NCBI GenBank assembly: GCA_037447605.1
Contig: CM074816.1
Span: 2,667,635 to 2,731,634 of the forward strand
Direction of reading: 5' to 3'
DNA: 64,000 nt
From: Zygnema circumcarinatum SAG 698-1b
Taxonomy: Eukaryota; Plantae; Zygnematophyceae
The notes below the pieces were generated by a model, which worked only from the letters and a program-made list of their open reading frames with translations, searched no databases and was not told the DNA's origin. The position numbers and the translations under genes were made by a program. Positions within the stretch are counted from its first letter, which is position 1, and every line of letters begins with the position of its first letter. Below are positions 40,772 to 50,809 of the stretch, piece by piece.

Positions 40772-41926
40772 TAATCAGGCTGTTTCAAAAACCACTTTTA
40801 AAACGGATGTGATTGTACGGTCGAACGGCAGGCTCTAGGAAGGGCCAGCGCCAATTTGCACAACGTTCAACCGCACGTGTAGTTCAATTGCAGTGGTCGT
40901 ACCGCCATTCTCAAATTGTGCTAAAACTCTAAACATTTTCGATAGTAGAACGTTCCAATTCTAAAATCCACAAGTCTAAAAGTCCCTTGTGCGGACTTTT
41001 CACTACCCCGCGCCAGAATGAGACTGCGCGCTGTACGGACGAAGCATTTCAACGTAAACCAATCGTGCGTCGCCACGTGTCATGGTCTCACCCTGGATCT
41101 AGCCGGGAGCGGGCGGGAGAAAGTATCGGCTAGTCAAGCGATATGCCAATATTGCGCCGGGCGGGCAGATTTGTCGCGATCTGCCGTTTCTAGGAAGCTT
41201 CAGAGAGCTCGCGGGAAAAGCGAGCAAAACAAGGAGTCACATGGTTGTCCATGCGCATTCATGTTGGTGGGGACGTCCGCGCATGCGTGGACGATGCCAT
41301 GGTGCTGCCTCATGCGATTTTTTCTTAAACATTGCATGCAAGCGTACATCATGCATACAAGCATACAAGCATACAAGCAAGCATGCATGCTTGCATGCAT
41401 GGCCCCATGGCACGCGATTGGCGGCCCCTTGCCAAGAGTAGACCAGCATCACTCTTACGGCATAGAAATTTTCATCGTATCGGACAGTGCCTCGATACGA
41501 AAAGCGCGTATCGAGGTATCGATGTCCGCCAGTCCGCGCGACTCGTTGGCCGTGACGGCTGTCGCACTAAGCGACGGACCTGTGCCGACGTGGAACGGCC
41601 CACCAATCGCGCACCACCACCGACACGGGCCGCGGCCACGTGGCAGCGCGCGCCTGCGCCCGGCCGTCCGGCGGTCGTGGGGCGCCGACCGACCGACCGA
41701 CAGAGGTCCGCGCGGGCCGCAGCAAGCACGTACAAGAGGCGGCGGGCGGCGGCGGAGAAGGTCAGGGAGGCGGAGAGGAGGCGGAGAGGAGGCAGAGAGA
41801 AGGTGGAGAAGAGGCAGAGAGGAGGCGGAGAGGAGGCAGTGAGAAGGCGGAGAGGAGGCGGTGGGGAGGCGGAGAGAAGGCGGAGAGAAGGTGGAGGGGA
41901 GGCGGAGAGGAGGCGGAGGGGAGGAG

Positions 41927-43210
41927 ATGGCGGTGATGACAACGATGGGAACGGCAATGGCAATGGTGGTTCTGGCTCTGGGCCTGGCCATGGCCCCGCG
42001 CAGCGATGCAGGAATTGCTCCCCCCCGTAGATCTCCATCATCTTCGCCTTGCGAAAGCGTCTGTTCCTCAAAACCGCAAGAGTTTTGCGATTTTTTCTTC
42101 GCCGGCCATGGGAAGGAGGTCCCCACATTTCATTTGGTTGACAATGTGAGCAGTGACGAGTCCAGGCTGTTGAAAACTAGAGCCTGGTCTCTCTCACTTG
42201 CTGCACTCTCAGACATCCTTGCACTTCAGCGAATACACCCTCCCCAATGCACACACCGGAAAGAGAGAATGAAGACTGACGAAGAAAAGACACCGAGAAG
42301 TGAAGTAAGAGGAGAAAGCCCCACCGGCTCAAAACTCCTTAAAATAGATAAGAAGGGTTACACACAGAAACTCAGCCCTCAGGCGATTCCTGCTGCTCTG
42401 CCCTACACTCCTATCTACTGCTGCCCATACAGCAGGCCTCTACACTCAGCACCACAAGCCGAGATGCAAGGTTCTAAGGGTTACTATCACTATGCATAAA
42501 GCAAACTATATACTAGCCGCTGAAGCACCTCCACGTTCCACCGCGTGCCACCGCGTTCCACCTCCATGTCGTCGAGGTCGCTCCGCGCCTTCTGGAGTTC
42601 GCTCCGCGCCGCGCGGGAGCTCAGCTCGGGAGGCCGCCATGGGGAGGGGAGCGTCCGTACCGAAACTCCCCTTCGAAAAGCTCCTCCGTCGCTCTGAACC
42701 TTCCGCGCTCCTTCGCGTTTCCAATAATCCGTACTAAGCTAACTCATAGCCGCGCGACCTATCGTCGCGCGCCACGTGTCTACACAACTCTTATCAAACT
42801 AAGCGGACTCCACTGGTGGCGCGGCCTATCGCCGCCCGCCACGTGTCCTATATAAGCCCGAATGTCTTCCGACTCAGAACAGCGCTCTAGCGCACTGTTC
42901 AGACTGTGACCGTATCTAACAAGGACCGCCGACATCGGCTAAGGACCGTAAAGTGTACTACGTTGTACTATACCCCTATTGTACACTACACAGGCCTCTC
43001 AGTCCCGGCCTCCGTACATCGAAAATCGGTGGAGAGGTCACGGTGAAGGTGGAAGTCGATGAGTCCGGGAAAGGCGCGTTCATGGGCTGCCCTTATACCG
43101 ACGAGTCTCCAGGAAATCAGTTTTATCTCAACGGGGAGGACGCCCCTCCCGACACAGACGGCATGTTTCCATCGTCACGCCGCTGCGTTGTCTTCAAAAC
43201 TGAATACTGA
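41927..43210 (+). pseudogene. Secreted Cys-containing protein ORF apparently interrupted by a solo LTR
   Basis: The 5' part (41927-42167) has a signal peptide, MAVMTTMGTAMAMVVLALGLAMAPRSDA. Removing 42168-42926 restores one ~175-aa frame ending VVFKTEY* at 43210. Confidence 0.45.
42168..42921. mobile_element. Probable solo LTR, ~750 bp
   Basis: TGTTGAAAAC...TAACA ends. Shares the aaaactcctta...ctcagccctcaggc block with the LTR piece at 45045-45276. TATA-like tatataag near 42850. Flanks CAGGC/AGGAC are not a clean TSD. Confidence 0.55.
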
Positions 43211-43564
43211 GTTGCCGGGGAGCCATGTGTGGGCTGTGTGATGAGAGTCTAAAGCCTAGCTGGAAGGAATTGGCTGAAGGAATTTGACGATTTCTCTTTG
43301 TTTGAGATTTTTGGACTTTTTTGGGTTTCGTAAAATTGGAAAAGAGTGAGCTTAGATTTCGAGATAGCAATGCTTCCCACAAAGAGGCTCATGCTATGTA
43401 TTAGATGACCATTGCAAAGACGTTTGATTACTTTCCTATTCCACAAACGAGTTATTGTCAGTTGATGACGTGGCATTGACCATCATTTCTATATGTTTGC
43501 GCTTGCTTTACAGTCTCGAGTCGAGAGTGTGGCAGATGACAATCAGCCCCGATTTGCGGCCTCT

Positions 43565-43695
43565 TTTAAATCCCTAAACCTTTAACCCTTCACCCTAACC
43601 TTAATCCCTAAACCCTTACCCTACGCGCAAAAACCCTCAACCTAAAACCCTACACCCTACACCTTAAATCCCTAAACCGTAACCCCTAACCCCGT
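43565..43695. repeat. Degenerate CCCTAA(A) telomere-like cluster
   Basis: Dense accctaa/ccctaaa variants. Confidence 0.7.
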
Positions 43696-44161
43696 ACATT
43701 TCCCGCTTACCAGAAAATGGGCTGTCGGGTTTTTTGGTTTGACGAGCTCCCGATTTGGTGTTATAGAGCTTTGGGGAAAAAGTCGAAATGAAAAGCCTCC
43801 TGCCTCCGTGCCAGCATTTCCGCCTCACCTCCTCGCGTGACGTCACGCAGCGGTTACATCGCTGCGGTCCATGATTGGTTGCGATAAAATGCATGGAGCG
43901 ACAAACTCCGAAACCACTAGCAATCGAGTACGGCCCTTGCCTGCAACACTCCGAGAGGCCAAGCTGCTGCACCGACTGTGGGGGAATCGGTCTTTGTTCG
44001 TTGGCTATCGTGAAAATTACGATTTTTTGGGCAATCTGCCGATTCTTTTTACGGGAATCTGTAAACTCATTTCATTAGTGTTTCCTGTTACTTGTGGTTG
44101 CCCTTTGTTCAATGAGGTGAGGATTGAAGGTCATTCTGGCGGTGACCGACGAGAGGCTCCC

Positions 44162-44683
44162 TCAAACATCGATCGCGGCGCCGTCCATATCTTCATCTTC
44201 ACTTTCCCTCCTCGTCATCGTAGCAACAAACTCTCTGTAGTCGATTTTTCCGTCCTGTGAAGTGAAAAGAAAATCGCAATGAAACGTTAAAGTCGACGGA
44301 AGGTGACTGACCGACCGACCGACCAAGTCCCTCCTTGTTTGATTCAACGAAAACGAGAAAGCATATGCATAGGGAATGCCAAGTTGTCGATTTGAAGGCA
44401 TTTTTAATTTATAGCTTTTCATTTTAAAAATGAAAGAAGGAGAAAACGAATGACTTACTTTATTCAAGTCACCATCCTTCATCATCTCCGCGACATCTGC
44501 TTCGTTCATATTCAGTTTTAAGCAGGACTGAAGGAGCTCATCCCAAGTGATGAAGCCCGATCCGTCCTCATCAAATTGTCTGAAGGCTTTGCGTAAATTT
44601 TCTTCCTTTTCAATCTTGTTCAAATGAAGAGTGCCCGCCAAAAATTCTCTGTACTCGATGCAGCCGCTGTGGTCCAGGTCAGT
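44162..44683 (-). CDS. CPK: CDPK C-terminal EF-hand exons (left copy of inverted duplication)
   Basis: Exons 44683-44459 and 44254-44162, identical to the plus-strand copy. Confidence 0.75.
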   Translation of the reverse strand, partial: TDLDHSGCIEYREFLAGTLHLNKIEKEENLRKAFRQFDEDGSGFITWDELLQSCLKLNMNEADVAEMMKDGDLNKVSHSFSPSFIFKMKSYKLKMPSNRQLGIPYAYAFSFSLNQTRRDLVGRSVSHLPSTLTFHCDFLFTSQDGKIDYREFVATMTRRESEDEDMDGAAIDV

Positions 44684-45044
44684 CTGAACAGCACAAAGGA
44701 AAATAGTTAGAGGATACATCATAGAGAAGGAAATGTAGAAACAACATTTAGTAAAAAACCAAAAAAAACTATTTGATTACGAAGTGAGAGACGGAAAGGA
44801 CTTCAAGATTTGAAGACCTCTTCCAGGTATTCCAGGAACTTGACTCGTAAAGTGTTAAAAGCTTCGTTTTTTGAAGAATTGGAGCAGCACACAATCCTCC
44901 AGATGCTTTAGCTTATTCTCACTTTATGGAAGTTCCCAAAATTTTACAGTTGCAGCAGTATCAGCGTTCAGTTCAGCGTTTTTTTGCAAAACCATTGTCG
45001 ACGAGTATTTCGGCTCGTTGATCCACGGATGACCTGCACAAATC

Positions 45045-45528
45045 TGTTGTAAATTAAGGCACGGTCCGTCTCACTCACTTCACTCACTGCCATGTTTGCA
45101 ATCTGAATCAAGGAAAGCTCTCAAGTGCACACACTGAAAGATAACTGAAATCAAACGAGCAAAAAACACCGTAAGGAAATGTAAGGAGAAAGCACCCGGC
45201 CTCAAAACTCCTTAATAAAGTAAAGGAAGTTACAAGCACAAGTTTCAGCCCTCAGGCTTCTACTTCAGCTCTGACTNNNNNNNNNNGTCGGGAGTTAGTC
45301 AGAGCTGAAGTAGAAGCCTGAGGGCTGAAACTTGTGCTTGTAACTTCCTTTACTTTATTAAGGAGTTTTGAGGCCGGGTGCTTTCTCCTTACATTTCCTT
45401 ACGGTGTTTTTTGCTCGTTTGATTTCAGTTATCTTTCAGTGTGTGCACTTGAGAGCTTTCCTTGATTCAGATTGCAAACATGGCAGTGAGTGAAGTGAGT
45501 GAGACGGACCGTGCCTTAATTTACAACA
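45045..45528. mobile_element. LTR end (TGTTG...) present twice in mirror image around the 45277-45286 gap
   Basis: tgttgtaaattaaggc at 45045, mirrored ...ttacaaca at 45528. Related to the 42168 LTR. Confidence 0.6.
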
Positions 45529-45889
45529 GATTTGTGCAGGTCATCCGTGGATCAACGAGCCGAAATACTCGTCGACAATGGTTTTGCAAAAAAACGCTGA
45601 ACTGAACGCTGATACTGCTGCAACTGTAAAATTTTGGGAACTTCCATAAAGTGAGAATAAGCTAAAGCATCTGGAGGATTGTGTGCTGCTCCAATTCTTC
45701 AAAAAACGAAGCTTTTAACACTTTACGAGTCAAGTTCCTGGAATACCTGGAAGAGGTCTTCAAATCTTGAAGTCCTTTCCGTCTCTCACTTCGTAATCAA
45801 ATAGTTTTTTTTGGTTTTTTACTAAATGTTGTTTCTACATTTCCTTCTCTATGATGTATCCTCTAACTATTTTCCTTTGTGCTGTTCAG

Positions 45890-46411
45890 ACTGACCTGGA
45901 CCACAGCGGCTGCATCGAGTACAGAGAATTTTTGGCGGGCACTCTTCATTTGAACAAGATTGAAAAGGAAGAAAATTTACGCAAAGCCTTCAGACAATTT
46001 GATGAGGACGGATCGGGCTTCATCACTTGGGATGAGCTCCTTCAGTCCTGCTTAAAACTGAATATGAACGAAGCAGATGTCGCGGAGATGATGAAGGATG
46101 GTGACTTGAATAAAGTAAGTCATTCGTTTTCTCCTTCTTTCATTTTTAAAATGAAAAGCTATAAATTAAAAATGCCTTCAAATCGACAACTTGGCATTCC
46201 CTATGCATATGCTTTCTCGTTTTCGTTGAATCAAACAAGGAGGGACTTGGTCGGTCGGTCGGTCAGTCACCTTCCGTCGACTTTAACGTTTCATTGCGAT
46301 TTTCTTTTCACTTCACAGGACGGAAAAATCGACTACAGAGAGTTTGTTGCTACGATGACGAGGAGGGAAAGTGAAGATGAAGATATGGACGGCGCCGCGA
46401 TCGATGTTTGA
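45890..46411 (+). CDS. CPK: Calcium-dependent protein kinase, EF-hand 3/4 exons (partial, possibly pseudogene)
   Basis: join(45890..46114,46319..46411): DLDHSGCIEYREFLAGTLHLNKIEKEENLRKAFRQFDEDGSGFIT...DLNK/DGKIDYREF. An upstream exon from 45540 starts GHPWI (kinase end) but runs into a stop. Confidence 0.8.
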   Translation, partial: TDLDHSGCIEYREFLAGTLHLNKIEKEENLRKAFRQFDEDGSGFITWDELLQSCLKLNMNEADVAEMMKDGDLNKVSHSFSPSFIFKMKSYKLKMPSNRQLGIPYAYAFSFSLNQTRRDLVGRSVSHLPSTLTFHCDFLFTSQDGKIDYREFVATMTRRESEDEDMDGAAIDV

Positions 46412-46668
46412 GGGAGCCTCTCGTCGGTCACCGCCAGAATGACCTTCAATCCTCACCTCATTGAACAAAGGGCAACCACAAGTAACAGGAAACACTAATG
46501 AAATGAGTACGACCGTACGACCGTACGACCGTACTCGTACGTTCATACGGTCGTACCATACCAAAATCAGGTCGTTTTGGTGTTGGCGTTGTAGCGTAAC
46601 GGAGCTGCGTTCGACGGATTTGCGTCAGTTCAATTGTACTTGACGTATACCTCTTCCGTGTCACGGAT

Positions 46669-47734
46669 TGTAACAACCTGCCCCCTGGCAGGCTGCTCTG
46701 AGAGTCTAAGTGTCAAGAGAGGAAGAGGGAGAGGAGCGTGAGCTCAATGCTGGTACAAAGAGTGTTGGAGTCAGGATCTGCTCGCTGCTCCCGGCGCCAC
46801 CTCGCGTGTCGCCCNNNNNNNNNNCCCAGGAGATACTGCGCCTCCCCTAGATCCGACATTTGGAAGTTAGCTTGCAAAAGCTTCTTCAGATCATTGATTC
46901 TCTCCAGTGAGAGACTCACCATAATGAGGTCATCCACGCATCCTGCATATGAGATACCCCCTCCTCTCCTGTCGGTAGATCGAATGATCCGCCTCAAAAG
47001 CCGCGAACCGCTTTCTCCTCGGCTATCGCCAATCTTCTCGCACTGCATCCCCGGGTGCCTCGCTCAACTGCATGTGTACTCTTTCACTAGGCGCATGTAT
47101 TTGTATGCCTCCCGCCTCGGGACAACTTTCCCTTCTCGCCGCTCCATGTAGATCTCCTCGGTGATCCGCATTTAAACGCTGTGGGTTCCTGGATACTTTC
47201 TCCAATTGATGGACATGCATCCCCTCAGCAGCTGCGATCAAAATTAGGGCACGGAGGGAGTTAAACTTCACCACCGGGGCGAAAGTCTCCGTGTAGTCGA
47301 TTCCGTACTTTTGGCTGTATCCCTTCGCCACCAGCCACGCCTTGTAACAGTCGACACTCCCGTCCGCCTTCCGCTTCACCTTGAACACCCACTTGCATCC
47401 AATGGCTCTCCTTCCCTTCGGCAACTTCTTCAGTCGCCACGTCCCGTTCTCTATCAGACTATTCCACTCGCTATCGATCGCTGCTCGCCACTTCGCTCCA
47501 TCGACCCCATCGTGAGCCTCCTCGAAGGTTTGCGGCTCGGTAATCATGTAGCAGTGAGCAACTCCTGCGAGGTCAGCAGAGTCCGTAGGCACTCTCTCCT
47601 GCATCAGATTAGTCTGCGACGGCCTGTATCGTTCAGGCCTCCTCACCACACGGGTGCTCCTCCGCGGTCCTTGCGTTCTCCCACTCCTCGAGTTGAAGAA
47701 AATTCCGGGAACAAATCCCGGAGGCATCCTTGCC
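46669..47734 (-). mobile_element. Ty1/Copia fragment: LTR end plus reverse transcriptase
   Basis: LTR end tgtaacaacc at 46669. RT motifs EPQTFEEA..KWRAAIDSE..AIGCKWVFKVK..LVAKGYSQKYGIDYTETFAPV and CVDDL. Same family as the Copia at 56929-63289 (shared MPPGFVPG..QERVPxDSADL). Bounded by gaps. Confidence 0.9.
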
Positions 47735-47744
47735 NNNNNNNNNN

Positions 47745-50700
47745 TTGGCAGCCCGCAGCTTAAGAGGTACGCGCCTCTGTCTGCGGGGTGTACGGGAGGG
47801 CTCAGCGTTAATCCCGGTCAAGTCCCTTTCCGAGTAGCGCGTGGACGGTTCGGGAACCCCCCTAGCCGCCCTCGCCCGCTCACCAGCGGTCTGCGCCTCC
47901 CAGTACAATCTCAGGAGCTCCGTGCAATTTGTCAGATTGCTCTCACGTTCCCACGTGCTATGTTCAACCCCATAGCCCAACCATTTCACGAGATATTCGT
48001 GGCGGGAAGTCTGACCTCTACTCACAGTCCTGTGGGTTTGGATGGCCTCTACCTCATACTCGAGGTCACCCTCAACTTCCACTGGAGGGGGAGGTGGTTG
48101 GACTCTCCCATCGCTGCGGTATGCCTTAAGAAGACCCACGTGAAAGACCGGATGCACTTTCATATGAGCCGGTAAAGCCAACCGGTAAGCGACCTCACCG
48201 ATTCGCTTCACGACCGAAAAAGGTCCCATGAAGCGAGGCCACAACTTACGGGTTCCGCCGTAAGTCTTCAGGCGCAAGTTCGACGTGCTCAGCAGTACCT
48301 GATCGCCTACAGCGAAGGTTAATGCAGCACGACGACGATCAGCATAGGCTTTCTGCCGCGACTGGGCTGCTAACAGGGTGCCTTGCCCTGCAATAGCGCC
48401 TCGGACATTTTCAGTAGCTTGGCGGGAGGTTGACTCCGCCAGCTCCTCATGCCCCAGGATGCGAGCGTTGAACATCATGTTCCACACATCTGGCTGCTGA
48501 TCTCTTGGCTGCAGGGGATTTAGAGGATGCTGACCAAAGTTCAAGAAGAAAGGAGTGGTACCGATTGATTCTTGGAATGCATTGTTAATGGCATACTCAG
48601 CCACCGGGAGCAGTTCATCCCATCCATCCGGGATGGGTCCCACATAATGCCTCAAATAGTCTTCCAGAATCCGGTTCACCCGCTCAGTTTGGCCATCTGT
48701 CTGAGGGTGGAAGGCTGTACTCATAGCCTGCTTAGTCCCGATAATCCGGAGGATTTCTTTCCAGAAATGGCCGGTGAATCGGGTATCACGATCTGAGATG
48801 ATCTCAGATTGAAGTCCATGCTGACTCCAGACCTTGTCAACATATAGCCGTGCTATTTCGTCGGCACCCGCCGTCTTAGCAGTGGCTGCAAAATGCACCA
48901 TTTTGCTCAGGCGGTCGACAAACACGAGGATGGAGTCAAAACCCCGAGCTGTCACAGGTAAATCTGTGATCAAATCCATACCCACACTCTCCCACTTCCT
49001 GTAAGGAGGGGCGAGGGGCTGGAGCAAGCCAGGCACCGGGCCGGTGCGAGGCTTATCCCGTTGACAAGTAGGGCATGCGAGTACATATGCCTCCACGTCC
49101 GCTGTAATTCCGGGCCACCAGAATTCTCGGAGCAGTGCTTCACGGGTTTTGGCAACTCCCATATGGCCTCTGTACGGAGGATCGTGCATCTCACTCAGTA
49201 TGAGCTGCCGTACAGATCCAGCCTTGGGTACGACTAACTGCTTATCGTGGTACCAAAAACCGTCCCGAAGCACGAGCTTGTTCTTATAGCCATTGCCTTG
49301 GCCGTCCAGGAACAAAGGATCACCAGTGTACCCCTCCTGAATCATCTGTCTGAAATCAGAGAGAGCAGGAGGGTTGACTGCGTCACTGGTGGAGGGGTTT
49401 ATGACAAAACATACTGGAGATGTAAACGCTGGGTTGGCCGGCCCTTCGTCTCCACCATCTCGTACCACCAACACCCGAGTCGACGAGTGCACCATCCAGG
49501 CTAGATGAATGGGTTGCCTGCTAAGTGGGTCCGCTACGTTCAGCCGTCCAGGCCGGTATACCCACTTGCAGTCGAACCGTTGGAGGAACTCAGACGGCGT
49601 GCCTGCGCCTCTCGAAGAGTCTGCTTTGAGTGGAGAGAGCGTCAGTGGGCGGTGAGTACGTGACCAGCGTGACTGCCGCCGCCCCCTCCAAATAACAACG
49701 CCGCTGTCCTCCGGAAGGGCGTGAACAGCGGCAAACTCTGCTGCGTGGCTAGTAATTTCGCTTCAGCTATAGGTTCATCTTACCGCGACTTTAAGTAAGC
49801 AAAGAGGTTGATAGATCTTAGGGCAGGAGCCGCGCAAAGACGAAAGCGTCACATACCACTTCATATGGCAACCGCGGATCAGCCAACCTCAACGTAGGTG
49901 CTGTCACAAGCGCATGTCTCACACCATCAAATGCCGTCTGGCACTCTGGTGTCCATGCATACGCGACACCGGAACGTGTCAAATTGGTAAGAGGTGTTAC
50001 CAACTTACTAAAGCCTTGGATAAACTTACGAAAATAATTCGCAAATCCAAGAAAAGACCGCAACTGATGAAGATCAGCCGGTACAGCCCATGTCTTTACA
50101 GCAGACACCTTGGCTGGATCAGGTTTCAGTCCCTGATCGTTCAAGATATGCCCAAGATACAACAACTCTCGTTGCATGAAGTTACACTTCTTTCGCTTGG
50201 CATAAAACGTGTGTTTTCGCAACACCTCGAACACTTTGCGTACATGCACAAGATGTTCAGCGTCCGTCTTGCTGAATACCAGGATATCATCCAGGTAGAC
50301 AAGGACAAACTCATCCATGCCGACGAACATTTCGTTCATCACAGCTTGGAATGTAGCCGGAGCGTTGGTCAGTCCAAAAGGTAGCACCTTGTACTGGAAG
50401 TGACCAATCGGCGTCCGAAATGCCGTCTTAGGAACATCAGCATCCGTGACACGGATCTGATGGTACCCCTGCGCAAGGTCGAGCGAGGTGAACACCTTCG
50501 CCCCTTGCAGACGGTCCAGAAGATCATCTATGCGTGGTAAAGCAAACCTGTTCTTTACCGTGATCTTATTGAGTGCCCGATAATCGATGCACATACGCAA
50601 AGACCCATCCTTCTTACCAACGAAGAGGATGGGAGCCCCAAAGGGACTCTGGCTGGGCTCAATCCAGCCCTTATCACGCAGGTTAGCGAGTTGCTTTCGC

Positions 50701-50809
50701 ATCTCCTCAGTCTCCTTCGGACTAAGCCTATAGATTGGCCTCCAAGGAGGTTTCTGTTCTGGCTCAAGGGGTATAGTATGCCCCACCCCTCTGGCTGGAG
50801 GCAGACCCC
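47745..50809 (-). mobile_element. Ty3/Gypsy chromovirus pol (RT, RNase H, integrase, chromodomain), 3' portion
   Basis: RT ORF 50822-49818 (LRMCIDYRALN, YLDDIL). Integrase ORF 49495-47745 (HHCC region, PQTDGQTERVN, GPF) with chromodomain EYEVEAI..YLVKWLGY..STWE. RT precedes INT. Confidence 0.95.

Noticed and set aside
44162-46411. Two independent CDPK genes
   Set aside because: The copies are exact mirror images around a gap and are best treated as one locus until reads confirm otherwise.
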